The notes: generated by a model not told the origin, from the sequence alone. A DNA stretch of 63,635 nucleotides from an uncultured Candidatus Obscuribacterales bacterium (GCA_964600935.1 CAZRMH010000001.1:1-63635); one strand, 5' to 3'; numbered from the stretch's first letter, positions 28,474 through 37,006 are shown. A program made the numbers and translations.

Positions 28474-29931
28474 ATGGCAGAGCTTGCCGTCAAGGCGAAG
28501 TACGAGTCCACTGGGGTGCCGGTCGTCAGAGGATTCTTGAACACGACCTTTCCTGTGTGGGGAATTATTTGTCCTGCAATTACAATCATCGGACTAGGAA
28601 TCTGCTTCTTTGCTTTTGGTGTGTATCATGCTTTTGGCAGCGGTCAGCAACTCTATGAAGCACTTAAGTTTATAGCAGCAATCATGAGTTGCAGCGCCGT
28701 ATCTATGATTGGTCTGACGATGACTCGTCTATTCGCAAAGACTGAGCTGATCGTAGATAGAAGTGGTATCCGCATGCCCTTACTGCTCAATCAACTGGGA
28801 GCTTCGACTGCGTATTACAGCTGGTCGCAGCTGACCAGACTCGATGTCGCTCATGCAGAGAAGGAGTGGAAATACCGCCAATTAATGTTTTTTACCAGCA
28901 GGCACAAGCCAATCGTTCTAGACATTGAAAAACTCACGCCGGACGAGGCTGAGCAGATTATTCTGGCTGTAGAACTCTGGAGTAACGGCTGCCAAATTGG
29001 CGAAAATGTCGCCGCGTTGAGAAGCGATATCAAGCTTTTAGCCTCCGGTAGAAACGATTTGAGTTATACCGACATGTGGGAAGAAGAGCTCCGCCGGCGG
29101 TACTGCCCGACTAACTTCGTCCCACTCGAACCAGGTCGCACACTGAACAATGGCACAATCAAAATTGTTCGCCACCTAGCACTCGGGGGGTTGGCGGCGG
29201 TTTACCTTGCCGATCGAAACGACGGAGCTGAACTCGTCGTGATCAAAGAAGCAGTGATTCCTGATGATGCACAAGCCAGCGTTAAAGCAAAAGCAAAAGA
29301 GATGTTCGAACGGGAAGCTCAATTACTGATGAAACTCGAACATCCGGGCATCGTCAAGGTGCTTGATTATTTCGTCGAAGGTGGTCGCACCTATTTGATG
29401 CTGCAATATTTGAACGGTCAAGACATCAGACAATTCATCAAACAGAATGGCGCTCAGACTGAGACTGTAGTAATCGATTGGGCAATAAAAATTGCCAACA
29501 TTTTGAAGTATCTGCACGAGCAGGAGCCACCGATCATTCACCGCGATCTGACACCGGACAATTTGGTAATCACCAAGGACGGTAGCATCGTCGTGATCGA
29601 TTTCGGTGCCGCCAATGAATTTATAGGGCAGGCAACCGGCACCCTGGTTGGTAAGCAGGCATACATCGCACCGGAACAGTTTCGCGGCAAAGCAATGGTT
29701 GAAAGCGACATATACGCGTTTGGCTGCACTCTTTACTATATGCTCGTTGGACAAGAACCAGAGGCGCTCTCAACGTCGAACCCGAAAGACAATCGGCAGG
29801 ATCTATCGGCCGAAATCTGCGAATTTGTGGAATCTTGCACACAAATGGAAGTTGAAGATCGATACCGCTCTGCGGCTCAATTGATACCTGTACTTCGTCG
29901 CTTATCGGCTACACAAGCCGGCGTCCAATAG
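28474..29931 (+). CDS. polytopic membrane protein with C-terminal atypical Hanks-type kinase domain (kinase 2, paralogue of kinase 1)
   Basis: ATG lies 1 nt after the kinase-1 stop. Has a TM hairpin plus one module, then LALGGLAAVY, VVIKE, HRDLTPDN (29539-29562), DFGAAN and YIAPEQF. The linker SYTDMW...PLEPGRTLNNG parallels SYTELW...PLEPGNTLNEG in kinase 1. Confidence 0.8.
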   Translation: MAELAVKAKYESTGVPVVRGFLNTTFPVWGIICPAITIIGLGICFFAFGVYHAFGSGQQLYEALKFIAAIMSCSAVSMIGLTMTRLFAKTELIVDRSGIRMPLLLNQLGASTAYYSWSQLTRLDVAHAEKEWKYRQLMFFTSRHKPIVLDIEKLTPDEAEQIILAVELWSNGCQIGENVAALRSDIKLLASGRNDLSYTDMWEEELRRRYCPTNFVPLEPGRTLNNGTIKIVRHLALGGLAAVYLADRNDGAELVVIKEAVIPDDAQASVKAKAKEMFEREAQLLMKLEHPGIVKVLDYFVEGGRTYLMLQYLNGQDIRQFIKQNGAQTETVVIDWAIKIANILKYLHEQEPPIIHRDLTPDNLVITKDGSIVVIDFGAANEFIGQATGTLVGKQAYIAPEQFRGKAMVESDIYAFGCTLYYMLVGQEPEALSTSNPKDNRQDLSAEICEFVESCTQMEVEDRYRSAAQLIPVLRRLSATQAGVQ

Positions 29932-29933
29932 CG

Positions 29934-30470
29934 ATGGTGCTTATGAAAACCGGTCGTGTAGAACTTTTATATCGCGGAGAAAAGCAAAGCGTAGTCAAGC
30001 AAAAGTGTGAACTATTGGAACTTCGGCTCGACGGAATCGTTGGCGATCGACATGCCGGAGCGCTCAAAAAAGCAGATGGACGCGACAAAGGAATTCCGCG
30101 AGGTACGATGATTCGCAACTGGAGACAATGGTCTGCGATCTCGAGGGAAGAGCTCAATGAGGTTGCATTGGCGCTCGCTCTTGGAGAACTGGAACCGGAA
30201 CTTCTTGGACCCAACTTCGTTGTCACCGGTATCGAAAATTTTAGCGCCATGGCAAAGGGAACCGTACTGAAATTTTCCGACGCGGAACTTCTAGTCGAAG
30301 CGGAAAACGATCCATGCACGCAAGCCGGAAAGGCTATCGCGAAAAGGCATGAAGAAATTTCACCGCATGCGTTCGTCAAGAAAGGAATGCACAAGCGCGG
30401 TTTGGTCGGAGTCGTAAAAACAGCAGGAATTATTCGAGCAGGAGAATCATTTCAAATAGTCGGTCCATGA
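29934..30470 (+). CDS. MOSC-domain protein (YiiM-like)
   Basis: 178 aa with GIVGDRHAG, RQWSAISREE, GPNFVVTG and the conserved Cys in ENDPCTQAG. ATG lies 2 nt after the kinase-2 stop. Confidence 0.7.
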   Translation: MVLMKTGRVELLYRGEKQSVVKQKCELLELRLDGIVGDRHAGALKKADGRDKGIPRGTMIRNWRQWSAISREELNEVALALALGELEPELLGPNFVVTGIENFSAMAKGTVLKFSDAELLVEAENDPCTQAGKAIAKRHEEISPHAFVKKGMHKRGLVGVVKTAGIIRAGESFQIVGP

Positions 30471-30541
30471 GCGACACTGCCACTCAATGAACGTTGAGGT
30501 CGTCGTTCAGGAGCATCGAAGGAACCGATCAGGAATATCAC

Positions 30542-30558
30542 CGTCCTTGGAAAGGACG
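30542..30558 (+). promoter_or_regulatory. 7-bp perfect hairpin in the nei leader
   Basis: CGTCCTT-GGA-AAGGACG, 15 nt upstream of the nei ATG. The GGAG SD at 30564-30567 lies just 3' of it. Confidence 0.3.
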
Positions 30559-30573
30559 AAAATGGAGAACATT

Positions 30574-31947
30574 ATGCCTGAAGCCCCAGAGGTGCGACGT
30601 TTCGCCGATCAGTTAGCAGCGCAATTGTCCGGCAAAAAAGTCTTGGACCTTTCAGCTCGTACCAAACAAGCACGAGCATGGCTGACAGACCATCCCGATG
30701 AACTGAAAGACAAGACAATTGAAAGAATCTTTGCTCATGGCAAAAACATCATTGGTTTACTACAAGGTAGTTTCTATTTCTACTCTCATCAAATGATGTG
30801 GGGGCGCTGGGAGGTTCGTCAGGGCAATGAAGAGATTCCTCGCGACCGAAGAGAACGTGCCCGGATTGAGGTGGAGGGAGCCACGGCGATCTTGATGTCT
30901 GCACCCATATTTGAACTCGGAGTCGGAGATCCTCTAAAAGATTTACCGTTACTCAGCGCACTCGGTCCGTACGTGCTGCCGTACACGGGTGAATTCGACA
31001 AAGCTGAGTTTCAGCGCCGATTACTCCAGGAAGAGAACCAAGGCCGCACCATCGGTGATGCACTCCTCGATCAACATATAGTATCTGGGTTAGGAAACTA
31101 TCTGAGAGCAGAGATTATGTTTCTTGCAAAGATAAACCCCTGGCGTCTTATCAATGAATTGAAACAAGGTGAGGTGCACGTTCTCACCGAACTAGTACCC
31201 AGAATTTCCAAGCAGGCATATGAGACCGATGGAGTGACTGTCACGCCTCAACTAAAGGAGCGTTTGGCGACAGACCCGAGTTTGGTCTACGTACCTGGCA
31301 AAGAATATGGAACCCATCATTACGTTTTCAGGCGAACAAATCTGCCATGCCTGTTTTGCGCGAATCAAATCAAACAACTTCGGCAAATTATCACGCCCAA
31401 AGAAGACGCCAGTATGGAAAGAGAACTACTGGAAGAAGAGGAGAAAGAGTTATATAGCCGGATCGTTTATTTCTGCCCGAATTGTCAAAAAGTCGACCTG
31501 ACACAAATCGCGAAAGTCCGGTCCAAGACAATCAAGAATAAAAATCACGAGACTATGAAGAACTCTGAAACAAAGGCAGCAATTGAAACCAAAGCGCTGA
31601 CGAAATCGCAGTCAGAGGGTCGGATTTCCGAAAAAATTCTTGAACTTCTAAACGAGCGATCTTCGGGCAAATCCATTTGTCCCTCTGATGTGGCTAGAGC
31701 ACTGGAGCCTCATGAATGGCGAGATTTGATGCCGAAGATCAGGACGGTCGCCGACAAACTCAAGAAAAAAAACTTGATAGAAATTACCCAAAAAGGACAA
31801 ACAATTGATTCAGCAAGCAATGCGGTCGGACCAATTCGACTGCGTTTAAAAGGCTCAATTGAAAATACAAGCGCTGCTGAGCCCAGTTCTAAAACTGCGC
31901 CTGGAAGGACTAAACGAGCATCAAAGAAAGGGAAAAAGAATGGCTAA
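30574..31947 (+). CDS. nei: endonuclease VIII / Fpg-family DNA glycosylase fused to a C-terminal DUF3253-like winged-helix module and a basic tail
   Basis: The start is set at MPEAPEV because the N-terminal Pro is obligatory in the Fpg/Nei family, and a GGAG SD lies 6 nt upstream. HGKNI and the H2TH motif GLGNYLRAEIMFLAKINP are present. The zinc finger is CLFC...(38 aa)...CPNC (31348-31485). The C-terminus is ILELL..SGKSICPSDVARAL....WRDLMP.IR......GPIRLRLK followed by a KR-rich end. Confidence 0.85.
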   Translation: MPEAPEVRRFADQLAAQLSGKKVLDLSARTKQARAWLTDHPDELKDKTIERIFAHGKNIIGLLQGSFYFYSHQMMWGRWEVRQGNEEIPRDRRERARIEVEGATAILMSAPIFELGVGDPLKDLPLLSALGPYVLPYTGEFDKAEFQRRLLQEENQGRTIGDALLDQHIVSGLGNYLRAEIMFLAKINPWRLINELKQGEVHVLTELVPRISKQAYETDGVTVTPQLKERLATDPSLVYVPGKEYGTHHYVFRRTNLPCLFCANQIKQLRQIITPKEDASMERELLEEEEKELYSRIVYFCPNCQKVDLTQIAKVRSKTIKNKNHETMKNSETKAAIETKALTKSQSEGRISEKILELLNERSSGKSICPSDVARALEPHEWRDLMPKIRTVADKLKKKNLIEITQKGQTIDSASNAVGPIRLRLKGSIENTSAAEPSSKTAPGRTKRASKKGKKNG

Positions 31948-32082
31948 GGCATGAGCCGAGAGACTGCCTAGCGACAACCATCAGCAGAAGGTCATACGAT
32001 TTTGGATGAAGAAAAGGAATGGCAGCCATCGCAAGACTAAGGAAAGCCTCAACGGTTCGATACCAAACTACCAACATACTAA

Positions 32083-32110
32083 GTCTGCTCAGCAACGAGC
32101 AGACCTTTTG
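32083..32110 (+). terminator. rho-independent terminator downstream of nei
   Basis: GTCTGCTC-AGCAAC-GAGCAGAC followed by CTTTTGC. Confidence 0.6.
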
Positions 32111-32242
32111 CAACATATTCTTTCATGTTCTCGACGCCAGCGCACCGCAGGTTCGTTTCATGCGTGTTTTCACGTTCCGTTCAAGAACTCAAACACACCG
32201 AGGCCGAGGGAGTTTCCATTCAAGCAAAAAACAGTTCTGCTT

Positions 32243-34231
32243 TTACTGAAAGGCGCCCTTAATACCATCGCCGACTTTCTTGCCGAAATTGCTGACCGGT
32301 CGAAAGATCGTTCCCAGCGTTGTAGGTGGATGTCCTTGATCGATCTTGAGCGCAATTTCCTGGCACTTGTCTGCGCGCTTGCTAATTTTTTCTCGCTCCT
32401 TCTCAGGCAAATTAGGCTCCAGAGCCAGATAGGCACGGTATTGAAGTGCAGCTTCTCTGAGCGCAGGTGATTGTTTCTTTTGAAACTTTTCGAGTGCTTC
32501 CGCTAATCCAAGGTGCGCTTGTGCAAGTCTCGGATTTTGAAACGCAGCAGATCGGAATTTATCGATACCACTTGCGAATTGTCCTTTCTTCGCGAGATCC
32601 GTCGCCAGATTGAGATCCTCTTGCGCCTTCTGTCTCGCATTGCTCACCGCGTATAAACCACGCTTGGCACGTGAGGCGACCTCGGCACCACCATAGGTGG
32701 CAGCCTTGTTATAGGCTTGCTCGGCGCTGTCTATGTCTCTAGTCAACAAAGCCATATCGGCGACGGCGAAAGTAGCTTCAGCAGTCTGACAGTTTTGAAT
32801 CACAGTCGACATTGCTTGAGAGGCTTCCTGGAAATTGAACTGCGCAATCATTGCTTCAGCGTATGCAAGTCGTTGAGCGTCGTTCGTCGGAGTACCGATA
32901 TTTGAAAGATCGACAGGTTGCCCCGACATCGCTCTCAATTTTGCATCAGCCAAACGTAATTCCATACTATTCGGATTCATCTGAATCGCTCTCTGAATGA
33001 GCGCCTCAGCCGACTCAAAATTGTTGGAAACAAAGAAGGCACCATCAGCTTCCTTCTGAGCTTTCAACATCAAGGCTCTGGTCATGCCGTTGACCGCAGG
33101 CACATTGCCGGGAGCAAAGTTTAAAACCGTTGTGTACTCTTTGAGCGCATCATCGGTTTTTCCTAACGCCAAGGTGATATCTCCGAGCTTTAGGTGCAGG
33201 TCGACGTTTCTCGGACTGAGTTCCACACCCGAACGCAGATTGAGCGCGGCAGCTTCGAGATCGCCGCGGCCATTAAGGATATCGGCGAGTTTCAAATACG
33301 CTTCCTCGCTCTCAGCCTTGATCGCAATTGCCGCTTTGTATTCTTTAACCGCTGCTACGGAATTGCCTTGAAGTTGATAAACGTTTCCCATCGCAATTCG
33401 AGCAGGAGCGCTGTTTTTCTGCAACGATAAAGATGTGTTTAACGCTTTGTAGGCATCGTCCAGCTGTCCGAGTTGGGTGTAGGCTTTTCCTAAACCATAG
33501 TGCGCTGTCGAATTGGAAGAACGCAAACGAATCGCTTCTTTGAAGTCAGCAATCGCACTTCCGGTGTCCCCCGTCTTGAGTTCGATTAACCCTCGGTTTA
33601 CAAAACCCATTGAATACTTTGGATCTGCGGCAATCGATTTATTGAAACTATCCAGTGCTTGGTCTAATTTGCCTTGCTCTCGTTGCACCATACCCAGTAC
33701 CAGAAGTGCTTCAGGCATGCCAGGATCCTTTTTCAGCGCAAATCGACATTCAGATTCAGCCTGACTTAAAATGGCATTCTTCTGCGATATCACGGTCATT
33801 GAAGATGACGTCAAGCCATTGAATTTGACAAAAGCCATTCCAACATGAGCCAGCGGATCGTCTTTCTTGATCGATATAGCCTTTTTAAACTGCTGCTCGG
33901 CACCATCTAGTTTAAACTGACTAGCCAGAGCAAAACCAAGTCCGGACAGTGCTGAAACATCACGAGAGTTCGTATTCAGCGCCTTTCGAAAACTAGCTAC
34001 CGCCTGATCGTATTGTCCGGCAAGCAAAGCTTTCTCACCATCGCTCACGTCTTTAGAAACCTTCCCTCTGAACAGTCTGGTTTCACCCAATGCCGATGTG
34101 ACGTTTCGACGAATCGCCGGTGCAGTCGGCGGCGCCTTCTTTGTAGCAACTTTGGCATCAGCAGGAGAAGTTAACCCACAAGCAGCTACCAATAGAAAAG
34201 CAGCGATGGCGGAATAATTTTGCTTAGACAA
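32243..34231 (-). CDS. large TPR-repeat lipoprotein/exported protein
   Basis: 662 aa. Signal peptide with a lipobox-like LVAAC, then many 34-aa TPR-like repeats (A..Y..AL..). Confidence 0.8.
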   Translation of the reverse strand: MSKQNYSAIAAFLLVAACGLTSPADAKVATKKAPPTAPAIRRNVTSALGETRLFRGKVSKDVSDGEKALLAGQYDQAVASFRKALNTNSRDVSALSGLGFALASQFKLDGAEQQFKKAISIKKDDPLAHVGMAFVKFNGLTSSSMTVISQKNAILSQAESECRFALKKDPGMPEALLVLGMVQREQGKLDQALDSFNKSIAADPKYSMGFVNRGLIELKTGDTGSAIADFKEAIRLRSSNSTAHYGLGKAYTQLGQLDDAYKALNTSLSLQKNSAPARIAMGNVYQLQGNSVAAVKEYKAAIAIKAESEEAYLKLADILNGRGDLEAAALNLRSGVELSPRNVDLHLKLGDITLALGKTDDALKEYTTVLNFAPGNVPAVNGMTRALMLKAQKEADGAFFVSNNFESAEALIQRAIQMNPNSMELRLADAKLRAMSGQPVDLSNIGTPTNDAQRLAYAEAMIAQFNFQEASQAMSTVIQNCQTAEATFAVADMALLTRDIDSAEQAYNKAATYGGAEVASRAKRGLYAVSNARQKAQEDLNLATDLAKKGQFASGIDKFRSAAFQNPRLAQAHLGLAEALEKFQKKQSPALREAALQYRAYLALEPNLPEKEREKISKRADKCQEIALKIDQGHPPTTLGTIFRPVSNFGKKVGDGIKGAFQ

Positions 34232-34329
34232 ACGACGACACCTCCAGTGCCAGGATGCTATATCGAATCAACAGCCTATCGCATAGCGAGCGAAAAGACC
34301 GAGCCCTAGTTTCTCACGCTTAATTGAAA

Positions 34330-34359
34330 TTGACATCGCCAAATAGATTCGAAAATAGT
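34330..34359 (+). promoter_or_regulatory. sigma-70-like promoter candidate (TTGACA-18 nt-AATAGT)
   Basis: Read directly; it ends 27 nt upstream of the GTG at 34387. The spacer contains TAGATT, reminiscent of the AGATTGG motif. Confidence 0.35.
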
Positions 34360-34386
34360 TAAGTCAAAACATTCAAATCCAGCACG

Positions 34387-34941
34387 GTGTCCCGAAAAGC
34401 TCGCCCACTTAGGAACAGCGCCTCAAAATTCGATACAATTAGGGCTATGAATTCAGGCAATGGATCCGGGACGGTTGGAAACTCGACACAGGTCGGATTA
34501 GCAGTGATCGCGACGATCCTGATCTGCGTGTCGGTAGCAGCCGGTTTGGCATTTGAGCAATCACAGCGAACTTCAAGCAAGCTCGATTTTCAAGGTCATT
34601 ACAATAAGCCGCTTGGCGGCAGTTACCGAATAATTAGAACAGGCTCGTCGGAAGTGATCATTCTTCGAAGAGGTCCATCGGATGCCGCAGAGCGATTTAT
34701 CGTCGATCCTACGATGGGCACGATCGTAGGTGGCAACATCAAGAAGTTAGCGGTAAATTTGCCTCACATAACCGGTTACGCAGAAGCATTAGCGGATTTC
34801 GAGAATTCAGAAGAACGCGCCGGCTACTTCATTCTCAATGCGGACAACGATGAACTCAAAGATGGTCTCTCTGAAGACGCCTGGAGACTTGAACTTAATC
34901 GAATCAACTGGCCTGCACCAAAACTGCAAAAGCCACTCTAG
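34387..34941 (+). CDS. hypothetical single-pass membrane protein
   Basis: 184 aa with one TM segment (VGLAVIATILICVSVAAGLAF). GTG start; ATG at 34447 is an alternative. No recognised motif. Confidence 0.5.
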   Translation: MSRKARPLRNSASKFDTIRAMNSGNGSGTVGNSTQVGLAVIATILICVSVAAGLAFEQSQRTSSKLDFQGHYNKPLGGSYRIIRTGSSEVIILRRGPSDAAERFIVDPTMGTIVGGNIKKLAVNLPHITGYAEALADFENSEERAGYFILNADNDELKDGLSEDAWRLELNRINWPAPKLQKPL

Positions 34942-35034
34942 ATTCCACCTTGCTAATAAACGCTTCCAAACACTCGATTCACGGTGATGCCATTGCGAAC
35001 AAGGTCCTTCTAAAACGAGCCCTTACACCCAGTT

Positions 35035-35994
35035 CTAAACGCTCAACAATACTCGTGCAGTGTTACCAAGAGTTCGTCGAAATCCGCCTGGTGCTTGTCC
35101 GACTTCGCGCTTGAAGGCTTTTGCAAACGCGGCTTCCGAGGTGTATCCGACAGCGTTAGCGATCTGTGCCAGATTGTCTTCGCCCTGCTCCATCAAACTC
35201 ACAGCTTGCTGCATGCGCCACGAGGTCAGATAATCCATCGGACTGTAGGTCACTAACGAAGCGAACTTTGTCGCAAACGAAGTTCTAGACATTCCCACCG
35301 CGCTGGCCAGTGACGCCACCGTCCATGGTGCAGCGGGCTGTTCATGAATTAGGTTTAGCGCCGCGCCAATTTCCGGATCACCAAGCGCTCGTAGCCAGTT
35401 TGGCGCTTCGGTACAGTTCTTGATTTGGGAAATATAGGCGCGAACAACCTGAACAAAAACCATGTCTGTTAAACGACTAACTAAAAGATTCGTACCTTGC
35501 CTGCCATTCTCCGTTTCAGCCGCGAGAAAACGAAGGGTCGTGTCGAGCCAGGGCTCCGACTGCAAATGTTCAGCCTTCAAATAGATTACATCGGGAAGAC
35601 CCTCCACAAGCGGGTTCTTCACTCGCATGTCAAATTCGAAGCAACCCATCAGCAACGATGTCAGCGCGCCACCACCGCCGTATTTAAACAACTGCCCGCG
35701 CACGGGTGGCTTGCCATCGCTCACTTCGACAATTGGAGTGACGGCACTACTTGCCTGATCTTGAATGACGCAGACCGCGCCGCGCGGCAAAAGCATGAGC
35801 TCACCGCTGGCCGGCGAAAAGGTCTGATTCGTCTCAGGCAGCGTGACGAGACAACCACCGCGAAGCATCATCAAAAAGCCGACGTGACCTTCATAGCCGG
35901 GCAATTCCAATCCCCACGGCGCCGTGAATTCAGTCACGCAATAAATGGTTCCTTTAAAACGGACTCTATTTAGGACATCAGACAAACAGTCCAT
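35035..35994 (-). CDS. AraC-family transcriptional regulator with N-terminal cupin-type sensor domain
   Basis: The N-terminus MDCLSDVLNRVRFKG.IY is typical of AraC_N/cupin_6 regulators. The C-terminal double HTH is WTVASLA..VGMSRTSFA..F...IANAVGYTSEAAFAKAFKRE. Start set at the internal ATG at 35994. Confidence 0.85.
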   Translation of the reverse strand: MDCLSDVLNRVRFKGTIYCVTEFTAPWGLELPGYEGHVGFLMMLRGGCLVTLPETNQTFSPASGELMLLPRGAVCVIQDQASSAVTPIVEVSDGKPPVRGQLFKYGGGGALTSLLMGCFEFDMRVKNPLVEGLPDVIYLKAEHLQSEPWLDTTLRFLAAETENGRQGTNLLVSRLTDMVFVQVVRAYISQIKNCTEAPNWLRALGDPEIGAALNLIHEQPAAPWTVASLASAVGMSRTSFATKFASLVTYSPMDYLTSWRMQQAVSLMEQGEDNLAQIANAVGYTSEAAFAKAFKREVGQAPGGFRRTLGNTARVLLSV

Positions 35995-36194
35995 ATATTC
36001 TACTCTCTCGACAAAGCTGAACGATCGGACATAAAACTTGGACTCTGACACATAGACCATTCGGTCTAGTCTTAGTACCATAATAAACGAGAACTCCCAA
36101 AACAACAAATTTGCTAACCGAAACGCCGCGACAAACCGGCGCATTCGGAGACATATCGTCGCGCGTCATGCGCCTAGTCACACGAAAGGAAACG

Positions 36195-36818
36195 ATGATG
36201 AGTAAACTTCTGCATATAGACTCAAGCGCCAAGGGTCCACAATCAACCACCAGAGCATTGACCGAATACTTCGCCAACAAGTGGAAAGAAGCCAATCCAA
36301 CAGGTGAAGTCCACTACCGCGACCTTGCGGAAAGCAACCTCCCATTTGTGAACGGCAACATAATTGGCGCGTTCTATACGCCGGCGGAGCAGCAGAGCGA
36401 GCAACAAAAACTTGTTCTACAGCAACCAGACGAGCTTTTCGAAGAACTGGCAAACGCCGACACTTACGTCTTCGGAGTACCGCTGTACAACTTCGGTGTC
36501 CCTGCCGTTTTCAAAGCCTATATCGATTTGGTCGTCCGCCCGGGTAAAACATTTAGCTACGAAGGCGGTAGGCCAGCTGGTTTGATAAAAAACAAGAAGG
36601 CATATATAGTCACCGCCACTGGTGGCGATTATTCTGAGCAACCGATGAAAAGCATGGATTTCGTTGAACCTTACTTGCGCGCAATTCTGGGATTCGTAGG
36701 TATTACCGAAGTGACTTTCATTAGAGCACACGGCAATGATCCGAACACGATTGCCACCACATCTGATTCGGCGAAGAAAATCATCGACGCGATGCTCCAG
36801 CCAGCCCCGGTGAGATAG
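36195..36818 (+). CDS. azoR: FMN-dependent NADH-azoreductase/quinone reductase
   Basis: MMSKLLHIDSS..G..S.TR.L and DTYVFGVPLYNFGVPAVFKAYID. SD AAAGGAAA lies upstream of the ATG at 36195. Divergent from the AraC gene. Confidence 0.85.
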   Translation: MMSKLLHIDSSAKGPQSTTRALTEYFANKWKEANPTGEVHYRDLAESNLPFVNGNIIGAFYTPAEQQSEQQKLVLQQPDELFEELANADTYVFGVPLYNFGVPAVFKAYIDLVVRPGKTFSYEGGRPAGLIKNKKAYIVTATGGDYSEQPMKSMDFVEPYLRAILGFVGITEVTFIRAHGNDPNTIATTSDSAKKIIDAMLQPAPVR

Positions 36819-37006
36819 CAAACCGTCCGACAGGCGCGCTGAAAACTCGATTACCTACAGAATTCGATCCGAACTGAAACCACACTATTGGCTCAACCCT
36901 CATCGGGTAATCGTTCCCTCTTTCAAACAAATTCGATACAATACCGGGATGAATCGAATTGCAGAGCGGCACAGCTCAAAAGCCGCCGCCTACCGCAGGG
37001 CACTGA

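Noticed and set aside
30487-30573. Upstream in-frame extension of nei (track start 30487).
   Set aside because: Fpg/Nei enzymes need Pro at position 2 after Met removal. MPEAPEV with a GGAG SD at 30574 fits, and the extension does not.
32052-32066. GGTTCGATACC resembles a tRNA T-loop.
   Set aside because: Flanking bases cannot form a T-stem or an acceptor stem, so no cloverleaf can be drawn.
35995-36194. Track extensions of the AraC ORF (to 36144) and the azoR ORF (from 36111), which would overlap each other.
   Set aside because: Family-typical N-termini (MDCLSDVLN.. and MMSKLLHIDSS..) with an SD begin at internal Met codons. The remainder is the divergent promoter region.
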